A stretch of DNA of 64,000 bases from an uncultured Candidatus Saccharibacteria bacterium (GTDB taxonomy: Bacteria > Patescibacteriota > Minisyncoccia > Phycocordibacterales > JAACPR01): the NCBI GenBank assembly GCA_964630375.1, contig CAZVRT010000003.1, positions 41,972-105,971 of the forward strand. The letters run 5' to 3'. The notes under the pieces are model-generated. The model made no database searches. It worked only from the letters and a program-made list of their open reading frames with translations, and had not been told where the DNA came from. How positions within the stretch are numbered: the first letter of the stretch is position 1; the number at the start of each line of letters is the position of its first letter. The position numbers and the translations under genes were made by a program. Below, piece by piece: positions 27,789 to 38,146 of this stretch.

Positions 27789-29768
27789 ATGAATAAATTT
27801 AAAAATTCCATAGTTCGGTATTTTGCTGGACTGGTTATGGCAGCGATGGTTGCCGTTCCTTCAGTTCACGCATTAACACTGAGCGATGTAGAACTACTAA
27901 TTTCACTTGGCATAATTCCTGCTGATAAAGCTACTGCAGCAAGAGCTGCTGTTTCAGGAAATCAAACAGGCAACGTCTGTGGAGCCTTCACTAGAGATTT
28001 AACTCTGGGAAGCACAGGTTCCGACGTTGTTGCTCTGCAAACATTTCTTGAATCAAGAGGAATGTTGGTGATGCCGGTTGGTGTTGCAAAAGGATATTTT
28101 GGAACAATAACCAGAAGTGCTTTAGCTAGATATCAAGCTTCGGTTGGGATCTCTCCAGCTGCTGGATATTTTGGACCGATAACCCGAAGCGATGTTTCAT
28201 CAAAGTGTACTCCAACTACACCCACTCCTCCACCAACAACTGATCCTGATCAAGAATTAAGAGGAGGTGAAGCAAGTATCAGAAACTACACGACTCTTTC
28301 AACTTACTCAAATGAAGATCTTGAAGAAGGTGAATCAGGAAAAGTATTCGCTTCAAGATTCCGAGTTGAAGATGGTGATATAAGAATCGAAAGAGTTTCT
28401 GTAAGACTTGAAGCTGTGTCACAAAACAACGAAGACGAGCCATGGAAGCATATTGAATCTATGGACTTGTACGTTGGTGGACGAAGAGTTGCAAGTGCTG
28501 ACGTAGACAGTCAAAGTGACTGGTCACGAGGAGAAAGTACTGATAACTCAGTTGCAGGTACAAGATCTTATGAAATGAGATTTTCAAACTTGAGAGAAGT
28601 TATCGAACGAGGTAGTAACGGAGAAATTGAAATTCTTGTTCAAACATCGGACCGAATTGATAATTCAGATCTTCCACAACGATGGAAAGTTTGGATTCCA
28701 CGAGACGGAATAAGAGCACTTGATGCAAGAAACGTTCAACACTACATTGGTTCAGACAGCGATTCTCGATTCTTCAATATCGAAAACGCAGGTGACGGTG
28801 AAGTAAGAATCCGAGAAAGCGACCGAGATCTTGATCCAACAATTTTAATTGTTGATTCAAGTAGCCGATCTCCTTCTTATGAAGTATTCAGATTTGTCGT
28901 AGATAATACAGACAATGCTGATGTGTTGTTAAATACAATGACACTGGTTGCCTCAACTTCTCACAATAACATTCAAAATGTTATTTCAGATTTGTCAGTA
29001 AGAATTGGTGGAAAAAACTACCAATATGACAATGCCTCAACAACATCAAATCTAGGAGAATACCTATTTGATTTTGAAGACAACAACGATCAAATTTCTA
29101 TTGATAGAAATGAACGAGTTGAAGTTGTAGTTTCAGCTAGATTCAATAGACTAAACGGAAATTATCCAGATGGTACTCAAATTCAATTTGGTATCGGAAG
29201 AATAAATGGTGATAATTACGGCACTGAATTTGGAATCGAAGCAGAAGGTGAATCTACAGGTGACAGATCTACAATTAGCGGAAGACAAGAAGGTTCAGTA
29301 CACACTCTACGAACTCAAGGAGTTAATGTTACAACTACTTCAAGAGGAACATTCGTATACAGAGAAAACACTTCATCTACATTATCAGATGACGAAGGTG
29401 AATACAGATTCACAGTGAGAGTAACTGCATTCGAAGAAGATGCTTGGATTGAAAACAGTGTATCAGTAACAGCATCAAGTACAGTTGGTTTTGTAACAGA
29501 GATTACTGGAGATGCATTTTCTGGAATTAGCAACGCGCGAATTGCAGACACATCAGCCAGAACTCTTACAAACAACAGATACAGAATTCCGGAAGGAGCA
29601 ACAGAAACCTTTGAAATCGTAGTAAGACTAGACCCAGATGCAAGAGGAGCTTTCGGACTAAGATTGACTGACATCAACTTTGCCGACAGTTCAACAGGTA
29701 CACCAACAAGCTACGTTGTACCAAACACTCAAGAGTTTAGAATTCCTACTTACACAATTCAAAACTAA
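27789..29768 (+). CDS. Secreted protein with a peptidoglycan-binding (PG_binding_1-like) domain
   Basis: Signal peptide. GSTGSDVVALQTFLESRGML...GYFGTITRSALARYQASVGISP...GYFGPITRS. The rest is Ser/Thr/Asp/Arg-rich. GC is higher than in neighbouring genes. Confidence 0.55.
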   Translation: MNKFKNSIVRYFAGLVMAAMVAVPSVHALTLSDVELLISLGIIPADKATAARAAVSGNQTGNVCGAFTRDLTLGSTGSDVVALQTFLESRGMLVMPVGVAKGYFGTITRSALARYQASVGISPAAGYFGPITRSDVSSKCTPTTPTPPPTTDPDQELRGGEASIRNYTTLSTYSNEDLEEGESGKVFASRFRVEDGDIRIERVSVRLEAVSQNNEDEPWKHIESMDLYVGGRRVASADVDSQSDWSRGESTDNSVAGTRSYEMRFSNLREVIERGSNGEIEILVQTSDRIDNSDLPQRWKVWIPRDGIRALDARNVQHYIGSDSDSRFFNIENAGDGEVRIRESDRDLDPTILIVDSSSRSPSYEVFRFVVDNTDNADVLLNTMTLVASTSHNNIQNVISDLSVRIGGKNYQYDNASTTSNLGEYLFDFEDNNDQISIDRNERVEVVVSARFNRLNGNYPDGTQIQFGIGRINGDNYGTEFGIEAEGESTGDRSTISGRQEGSVHTLRTQGVNVTTTSRGTFVYRENTSSTLSDDEGEYRFTVRVTAFEEDAWIENSVSVTASSTVGFVTEITGDAFSGISNARIADTSARTLTNNRYRIPEGATETFEIVVRLDPDARGAFGLRLTDINFADSSTGTPTSYVVPNTQEFRIPTYTIQN

Positions 29769-29807
29769 CAAACTTTGTTAAGTTTTAGAGGATTGTTAAA
29801 GCAAAAC

Positions 29808-29835
29808 AAAAAGCCGCCCAAAGGGCGGCTTTTTG
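29808..29835. terminator. Bidirectional intrinsic terminator
   Basis: aaaaagccgccc aaa gggcggcttttt. It serves both the plus-strand gene ending at 29768 and the minus-strand tRNA-fMet gene. Confidence 0.7.
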
Positions 29836-29853
29836 TTTTGCTCTATTTTCTTG

Positions 29854-30138
29854 TTGCGGGGCCCGGAATTGCACCGGGGTCTAGAGGTTATGCTTACTAC
29901 TATGATTTTCATCACCACAATTGTGTTTGTAGTCTGGACTATGCCATCACCCTCTTTTTAAAAGTAGGGTGTCTACCGTCTAGTCTCTACACCTTCAAGT
30001 CATTTAGACAAGCTTGGCTCGGCATTGCCAACCTGTATAAGGTAAGGTTTCACCGAATTTGGCAGATTCTCAATAAAAATTTCTTTTTATTGGGCCCTTA
30101 AATTTGAGCCTCTCGAGGTACTACTCCTCCACCCCGCG
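29854..30138 (-). tRNA. Initiator tRNA-fMet (CAT) gene split by a group I intron. Exon 1 is 30107-30138, exon 2 is 29854-29892.
   Basis: Joined exons give CGCGGGGTGGAGGAGTAGTACCTCGAGAGGCT|CATAACCTCTAGACCCCGGTGCAATTCCGGGCCCCGCAA. C1-A72 mismatch, A11:U24 pair, anticodon loop CUCAUAA. The 5' exon is very similar to E. coli tRNA-fMet. Confidence 0.75.
29893..30106 (-). mobile_element. Group I self-splicing intron (214 nt) in the tRNA-fMet anticodon loop
   Basis: 5' splice site after a U; IGS GGGCC; P2 hairpin. P element AAATTCGG (30047-30060) and Q element AATGCCGAGCC (30016-30026). R element GAGACTAGACGG (29976-29987), P8 hairpin CACCCT..AGGGTG, S element CATAGTCCAGAC (29932-29943). P7 pairs GACUA with UAGUC. 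Terminal omega-G. Confidence 0.7.
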
Positions 30139-30169
30139 ATATTTCATCCAACTAAAATGGATATGCAAG

Positions 30170-30178
30170 ATTATAACA
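30170..30178 (-). promoter_or_regulatory. Extended -10 element (TGTTATAAT) upstream of the tRNA-fMet gene
   Basis: The minus strand reads tgTtaTAATc about 31 nt upstream of tRNA position 1. This implies a processed leader. Confidence 0.3.
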
Positions 30179-30255
30179 CTATTTTTTATAAACGCAACAT
30201 TCTTTTATACAAATAAATTAAATATAATAGTTTTACCTGCAATCCCTAGTTCAAT

Positions 30256-30936
30256 ATGTCTGATACCAAAAATAAAGAAAAAGCAATCTATTTAAGAAAA
30301 CAAGGTTTTAGCATTAACGATATATCTAAAAAATTAAACAAAAATAAAAGCACTATCAGTTATTGGTGCAGAGACATTAAACTAACAAATAAACAAATTA
30401 AAATTATTCAAGAAAAAATAATTACAGGAGGACAAAAAGGTTCATTGATCAGATCAAAGAAACTGCAAATTGACAGAAAAATTAAAAACAAAAAATATTC
30501 AGATTTAGGCAAATCAGATTTGGGAAAAATATCAAAAAGAGATTTGTTTATGATTGGATTGGCTTTGTATTGGGGTGAAGGATATAAAAAAGGAAATTAT
30601 GAATTTGGTTTTACAAACAGTGATCCTAGAATTATAAAAACATTTTTAACATGGTTAAAAGAAATTTATGAAATATACGAAGATAAGTTTATTCTTAGGG
30701 TTTCTATAAATCAATTACACAAACATAGAGAAAAACAAATCATCAATTTTTGGCAAAAAATTACAAAAACTCAGAAATCACAATTTACAAAAACTAGTTT
30801 TATAAAAACTGAACCTAAAAAACAATATAAAATAAACAATGACTATTATGGAACTTTGAGAGTAAAAGTTCGTAATGGCGCAAATTTACGCAGGAGAATA
30901 ATGGGCTCACTAGAAAAAATTTCAGAAATTATTTAA
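30256..30936 (+). CDS. Free-standing LAGLIDADG-type homing endonuclease with an N-terminal HTH
   Basis: The dodecapeptide-like motif LFMIGLALYWGEGYKKG, followed by YEFGFTNSDPRIIKTFLTWLKEIY, resembles single-motif LAGLIDADG enzymes. The N-terminal IYLRKQGFSINDISKKLNKNKSTISYW is a resolvase-type HTH. Confidence 0.55.
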   Translation: MSDTKNKEKAIYLRKQGFSINDISKKLNKNKSTISYWCRDIKLTNKQIKIIQEKIITGGQKGSLIRSKKLQIDRKIKNKKYSDLGKSDLGKISKRDLFMIGLALYWGEGYKKGNYEFGFTNSDPRIIKTFLTWLKEIYEIYEDKFILRVSINQLHKHREKQIINFWQKITKTQKSQFTKTSFIKTEPKKQYKINNDYYGTLRVKVRNGANLRRRIMGSLEKISEII

Positions 30937-31940
30937 ATGAAATAAAATTCTTCAAAGACTTGCCGATACAAATCAATTACTCTTTCAGCTTCAGATTTTG
31001 AAAATAGAAAATCCCCTCCTCTGTGCGCAATGTGATTTCTAATTTTGTGAGCTTCCCAAGCTTTATTCAAAGTAATAAAGTCACTTTCTTCAATTTTCTT
31101 CAGCCTATCACCAATTGAGTCGCCTTCGTATCCCATTCTGATAAGCATTTCATCAAGAATAATATCAGCTTCAATAATTGCCTGTCGCCAATCACTTGAA
31201 GATGAAGATTGAATCAAATTTTGTACACGCACCCATCTTTCATTTTTTGGACCAGTTGGAGTTTGTTCTTCAACTTCAAAAGAAAATCCTAATGCACTTG
31301 CATCTCCTGTCGGCAAATTTTCAGGCAATCCCAAACTCGCCAAACTAACAGGCTCAGATTCTTGTTGATATTTTTCTTTCATCTTTCTTTCCAAAGATAA
31401 TTCTTGAAGTTCTTTTTTACTATTTATCAAAGAAACTGCTTTCTTTTGTTTTTTAGAAATATGATAAATCAACAACAAAAATATTAGAGCCAAAATCAAA
31501 CCAATCGGTCTAAAAATATCCAAGAAAATTGGAAAAATATTTAAAGCTCGAAACAAACCAACATTACTTGTGATATCTTTCGCCTCTACCCAACCATCAG
31601 GAATTTTTTGATAATCAATTCGATACCAATGTCTTCCAAAAGCTTCAACAGGACCTTCCAAAATTTGTCCGATGGCTCTTTTTGATTGCTCACCAATTAT
31701 TGCACCGGCTGGCACTTGTCGAACTTTTATATCTGTAATATTTGCAATTCTTTTTCCTATTGCTAAATCACCAACTGGCAAAATTCTTAAATCACTTGAG
31801 GTGTTTCCAATTTCTAAATTTTGCTCTTCAACTTTTGAATTAAATTTATCAACATAAAATCCAAGAAGAAACACAATGAAAATCATTGCGTAAACACCAT
31901 ATATCAATCCGTTATCAGCACCAGTTGGTTTGTCTGCCAT
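30933..31940 (-). CDS. Two-TM membrane protein with a C-terminal HEPN/DUF4145-like motif
   Basis: TM segments IYGVYAMIFIVFLLGFY and IGLILALIFLLLIY. The C-terminus has AWEAHKIRNHIAHRGG (RN..aH, Rx4H). Confidence 0.35.
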   Translation of the reverse strand: MADKPTGADNGLIYGVYAMIFIVFLLGFYVDKFNSKVEEQNLEIGNTSSDLRILPVGDLAIGKRIANITDIKVRQVPAGAIIGEQSKRAIGQILEGPVEAFGRHWYRIDYQKIPDGWVEAKDITSNVGLFRALNIFPIFLDIFRPIGLILALIFLLLIYHISKKQKKAVSLINSKKELQELSLERKMKEKYQQESEPVSLASLGLPENLPTGDASALGFSFEVEEQTPTGPKNERWVRVQNLIQSSSSSDWRQAIIEADIILDEMLIRMGYEGDSIGDRLKKIEESDFITLNKAWEAHKIRNHIAHRGGDFLFSKSEAERVIDLYRQVFEEFYFI

Positions 31941-33350
31941 CTACCTTATTGTCTCAAATTTTTTACCAATCTCAAATAGTTTTTTCTCATTATAATGGCT
32001 CGAAATAAATTGAATACCTACAGGAAGTTTTTTTCCATCTCTTTCAACTTCTTTTCCAGGAACAGAGATTGCCGGAACTCCTGCAACATTGGCAACTACT
32101 GTAAAGATATCGTTTAGATACATTTTCAAAGGATCATTTGATTTTTCACCGATTTTAAAAGCTGGAGTAGGCGCAACTGGCATTGCAATAATATCAACAC
32201 CTTTAAAAACTTCATCAAGATTTTGGCGAATAATATTTCGAACTTGCCAAGCTTTTCGGTAGAATTGATCAGCATAACCAGCAGATAAAACATAAGTTCC
32301 CAACATTATTCTTCGTTTCACTTCTGCTCCCAAAAGTTGCCCGCGAGTTTTCATATATGTATCAAGCAAATCTTTTCCTTCAATTCTTTCTCCAAATTTC
32401 ACTCCATCATATCGAGACATATTTGATGAAACTTCTGCTGGTACCAAAACATAATAAACCGCAAGAGAATATTCCACGCTCGGAATTTTAATATCTTTGA
32501 TTTCATATCCAGCTTCTTTTAGTTTTTGAATTCCGTCATTAAAAGATTGCAAAACATCTTCATCAATTCCTTCTTTCAAAAAACCATAAGGCACTCCGAT
32601 TGTTTTTACACTTCCGTCATTATTTAAATGACTGTGACTTGTTGAATCCAATTTATCTTCACCTCGTACTGCATCAAAAAGAATTTCTACATCATCAACT
32701 GTTTTTGCAGTTGGACTTATTACATCAAAAGAACTTGCCATTGCAATCAATCCATATCTAGAAACGCTTCCGTATGTTGGCTTCAAACCAACAACTCCAC
32801 AAAAACTTGCAGGCTCTCGAATAGAACCACCAGTATCAGAACCAAAAGAACCCAGGGCCATGTCGGCAGCTATAGAAGCAGTCGCACCTCCTGAAGAGCC
32901 GCCAGCAACTCTTTCTGTGTCAACTGGATTTTTTGTTACACCAAAAGCACTGTTTTCTGTTGAAGCTCCTTGTGCAAATTCATCAGTATTTGTTTTTCCT
33001 AAATACACAGGCTTATGCTCATCTAATTTCAAAATTGCAGTAGCAGAATATGGAGCAAAATAATTTTCTAAAATTTTAGAACCGGCAGTTGTCTTTCGAC
33101 CTGTCATACACATATTGTCTTTAATAGAAATTGGAATACCTGTCAGCAAAGTCGCTTCGCCTGCGTCAATTTTTTTCTGCGCTTCTTCAGCTTGCGAGAT
33201 AACATCATCAAAAACAGTTATATATGCATTTATGTCAGAATTTTTTTCTTGAATATTTTTCAAATACGCATTTGCCAAATCAACTGCTGAAATTTCTTTC
33301 GCAACCAATTTTTCATGAGCTTCTTTTATTGTCAGTTTAGTTAGATCCAT
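31941..33350 (-). CDS. gatA: Glu-tRNA(Gln)/Asp-tRNA(Asn) amidotransferase subunit A
   Basis: Amidase signature GGSSGGATASIAADMALGSFGSDTGGSIREPASF. Confidence 0.9.
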   Translation of the reverse strand: MDLTKLTIKEAHEKLVAKEISAVDLANAYLKNIQEKNSDINAYITVFDDVISQAEEAQKKIDAGEATLLTGIPISIKDNMCMTGRKTTAGSKILENYFAPYSATAILKLDEHKPVYLGKTNTDEFAQGASTENSAFGVTKNPVDTERVAGGSSGGATASIAADMALGSFGSDTGGSIREPASFCGVVGLKPTYGSVSRYGLIAMASSFDVISPTAKTVDDVEILFDAVRGEDKLDSTSHSHLNNDGSVKTIGVPYGFLKEGIDEDVLQSFNDGIQKLKEAGYEIKDIKIPSVEYSLAVYYVLVPAEVSSNMSRYDGVKFGERIEGKDLLDTYMKTRGQLLGAEVKRRIMLGTYVLSAGYADQFYRKAWQVRNIIRQNLDEVFKGVDIIAMPVAPTPAFKIGEKSNDPLKMYLNDIFTVVANVAGVPAISVPGKEVERDGKKLPVGIQFISSHYNEKKLFEIGKKFETIR

Positions 33351-33645
33351 TGTTGTCGTTGTTTAGAATTTTTTGTACTTGAATAAAATTATCTTTTGTT
33401 TTTGGAGCACAATCTAAAATTGCTTTTGTATTAGTTTCTGGCTCATCCGGATTTTCATCTTCTCGGAAAATATTTCTAGCATCAGAACTTTCAATAATGT
33501 CTGAAGAATTGTCAGAAACGGCAGTATTTATTTGTTCAATATATCCCAAAATAGAACCAATTTCTTGACTATATTTCCCTACTTCTTCATCTGTAAGCTC
33601 CAGTCGAGCCAATTTAGCGAGATCTAAAATTTGTTCTTTATTCAT
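33337..33645 (-). CDS. gatC: Amidotransferase subunit C
   Basis: 102 aa. ILDLAKLARLELTDEEVGKYSQEIGSILGYIEQ. Overlaps gatA. Confidence 0.8.
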   Translation of the reverse strand: MNKEQILDLAKLARLELTDEEVGKYSQEIGSILGYIEQINTAVSDNSSDIIESSDARNIFREDENPDEPETNTKAILDCAPKTKDNFIQVQKILNNDNNGSN

Positions 33646-33660
33646 AAAGGCTATACTAGC

Positions 33661-35670
<2,010 letters not shown>

Positions 35671-36249
35671 CTATGAACGATACTGTAACACAAGACCTCT
35701 CTGTACTGCACGTGCATCATTTTCTGGCTCACAGCTGTTTAAACCTTGAGATGTAATTGTAGTTGTTATCCTGCCCTGTGAATCAATTTCCTTACCAACC
35801 GTCACTTCAGCACAATAAAGTATATTGTCTAAATTACTTATAGTGTTTGCTAAAGCAATTCGAAAAACAGTTTTACCAGACTGAGTTATATCCCAAGGTT
35901 TTGTATAAGTTTGTTGAATAAAAGAAGAATTTCCATTTGCAATATTTGTTCCTGCACAATCTAAATAACCAGTTTCATTTATTCTTGCAAAGCTTGAACT
36001 TGGTGGAAAAACATAAGCAACGCTTCCATTATTATTCACCACAGACCCATTTAGATCCCAATACAAAGCACATTCAAGTCCTGTGTTCGCAGCATAAAAT
36101 GCAAACTGAGATTCTCTACCAGCACCAGAAAGAACAACTTGCTTCAATGCAATATTGATAATAGAAGCACCCACAGCCAAAATCATAATAGAAACAAGAA
36201 TTGCAAACAAAAGTGTAAATCCTTTTTTGTCTGATATTTTTTTGTTCAT
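35671..36249 (-). CDS. Pseudopilin-like protein (prepilin-type N-terminus without Glu5)
   Basis: Start set at MNKKISDKKGFTLLFAILVSIMIL: a class III leader-like KGFTLL with Phe at +5. Confidence 0.5.
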   Translation of the reverse strand: MNKKISDKKGFTLLFAILVSIMILAVGASIINIALKQVVLSGAGRESQFAFYAANTGLECALYWDLNGSVVNNNGSVAYVFPPSSSFARINETGYLDCAGTNIANGNSSFIQQTYTKPWDITQSGKTVFRIALANTISNLDNILYCAEVTVGKEIDSQGRITTTITSQGLNSCEPENDARAVQRGLVLQYRS

Positions 36250-36265
36250 AAATATTTTCATAATT

Positions 36266-36850
36266 TTAATTTGAATCAACTCTTGGTACCCAATTATAAA
36301 TATTTTCTTGAACCACAATTCTTGAACCTCCAACTCTCACATTTGATGTCCAAGAAACTTCCACAACAATTTGTAATTCTCTTCCAGAAATAGATTCCGT
36401 CAGATAAACACTTCTTCTAAATCTTGAATCATTTGATTGTCCCAAAGGAAAATCATAACCAAAAAAACCAGTCGAGGTGTCAGTTTTTAAATTTGAACAA
36501 GTTCCTGAAACACATTCATTTATAGCAGGAGGATTGGTTGTTGTATCAATTGTTATTAAACAATTATCACTGAAACCTGGAGCACAGACCATAATCCCTT
36601 CAAGCCAATCTGCTTTCCCTTGCAAAGAATTATCATCACGAATATTTTTTATTGTCTCAATTGCATCTTGTGCCAAGAAAAAAGCAGTAATTTGATCTCT
36701 TGCTAAAAATGCAGTTCTCAATCCAGATTGTGCAAAAACCATTGGACCCGTCACAGACAAGACCAAAATAAATATAGCAACTAAAGTTTCCAAAACAGTA
36801 AATCCTTTTGTTCGTTTTTCTTGTATGATTTTTTTAATAAAATTTTTCAT
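36266..36850 (-). CDS. Type IV pilin-like (minor pilin or pseudopilin)
   Basis: N-terminus KGFTVLETLVAIFILVL (prepilin cleavage/methylation motif). Confidence 0.65.
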   Translation of the reverse strand: MKNFIKKIIQEKRTKGFTVLETLVAIFILVLSVTGPMVFAQSGLRTAFLARDQITAFFLAQDAIETIKNIRDDNSLQGKADWLEGIMVCAPGFSDNCLITIDTTTNPPAINECVSGTCSNLKTDTSTGFFGYDFPLGQSNDSRFRRSVYLTESISGRELQIVVEVSWTSNVRVGGSRIVVQENIYNWVPRVDSN

Positions 36851-36854
36851 ATTT

Positions 36855-37466
36855 TTAATTTACTGAACTAGTTTCAGAGCCTGTTAAGTTTAGTCGTCTC
36901 TGAGAGACTGTTGTTTGTAATGAAAAAGCTGAGGAAATATCATCACTTACTTTAACACTTCCTTCAATTAGCATTAATGTTCTGGGTTGCCTGTTATCAT
37001 TTGTTGTTCCACCATGAACCACCATAAGTTGGAATTTCTCTACAACCACCGCTTCTGATGTTATCGGAATCCAGTTAGAGGCCGAATCACAATTATTACT
37101 TCCTACTGAAGAAACACATTGTTCAATTCTTTTATTTAACTCAGACAATCTATAAGAAGTTCTTTCCCGTTGAAAACCTTCTCTATCCAAAATAATTGCA
37201 TCAACATGTAAAACTCCATTACTTGTATTCAAAACAGGCTCCACACCAGTTTTAAGCGACCGCGTCATCATTTCAACAGTAAAATTTAAGTTATTCATCA
37301 CTTCAGTTAAAGTTCTAGCTTTTCTGTTTGCGTCCAAGATAGTCAAAATAGCACCAAGTGTAATCAAAACCACGATAGAAAAAATTGCCACAGAAACCAA
37401 CATTTCCACCAAAGTGTACCCTCTGTTATTTTGATTTATTTTTTTGTTAATTAACTTCTTATGCAT
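36855..37466 (-). CDS. Type IV pilin-like (minor pilin)
   Basis: N-terminus RGYTLVEMLVSVAIFSIVVL. Confidence 0.65.
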   Translation of the reverse strand: MHKKLINKKINQNNRGYTLVEMLVSVAIFSIVVLITLGAILTILDANRKARTLTEVMNNLNFTVEMMTRSLKTGVEPVLNTSNGVLHVDAIILDREGFQRERTSYRLSELNKRIEQCVSSVGSNNCDSASNWIPITSEAVVVEKFQLMVVHGGTTNDNRQPRTLMLIEGSVKVSDDISSAFSLQTTVSQRRLNLTGSETSSVN

Positions 37467-38146
37467 ATATCATCTTGAGATACAGAAATTTGCCCGGTTT
37501 TTCTTATCAAAACATAACTAGGATTGATTCCAGAATTTGGAGCTTCAACTTTTATTTGAGTAAATCCATAACCTTGCCCACCGTTATTGTCTCTAGTATT
37601 TTGAATACCAATCCTTGCCTCTGGACTTGGTCTTTTAAATGAAATAGCAACCGAAGCAATTTGTCCGATATTTGCACACTGTTCGTTACCAACACGAAGT
37701 TCCGTCATTCTAATATTTCTTTGCAAAGTTAACTGATCTAGACACTCGTCACCTTGTTGGCAAATACAAGGATTATTACCTGTACTATTTAAACTACAGT
37801 ACCAATCATTATCTCTATCTACAAATAAAATAAAATTCCTGCTCTCTCCTACACCTCCTGAGCTTCCATCTAAAAGATTAAAATAAACTCCATATGGGTA
37901 ATCAAAACTAACTCCTTCACCATCAACAGCTCCGCGCACACCCACTCCAAAAACTTGCGCTTGTCTTACAGTCAAAGCTATTTCGTATGCCATGTTTGAA
38001 ACTAAAAGATTTGAAGTAAAATCTCCGTATTTAAAAACAACAACTGCTGTTAGAATTCCAAAAATTGCAGCCACGATTGTCATTTCCGCAAGAGTAAAAC
38101 CTCTTCGAGTAGATGAATGTATTTTTTTAGTTAATTTTCTAAACAT
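37451..38146 (-). CDS. Type IV pilin-like (minor pilin)
   Basis: N-terminus RRGFTLAEMTIVAAIFGILTAVVV. Confidence 0.65.
   Translation of the reverse strand: MFRKLTKKIHSSTRRGFTLAEMTIVAAIFGILTAVVVFKYGDFTSNLLVSNMAYEIALTVRQAQVFGVGVRGAVDGEGVSFDYPYGVYFNLLDGSSGGVGESRNFILFVDRDNDWYCSLNSTGNNPCICQQGDECLDQLTLQRNIRMTELRVGNEQCANIGQIASVAISFKRPSPEARIGIQNTRDNNGGQGYGFTQIKVEAPNSGINPSYVLIRKTGQISVSQDDICIRS

Noticed and set aside
29845-30140. tmRNA (ssrA): a tRNA-like acceptor/T-arm at the ends of a roughly 300-nt structured RNA
   Set aside because: No plausible tag-peptide reading frame ending in ..AA-stop could be found. The two ends join into a complete initiator tRNA once the 214-nt group I intron, with P/Q/R/S elements, is removed.
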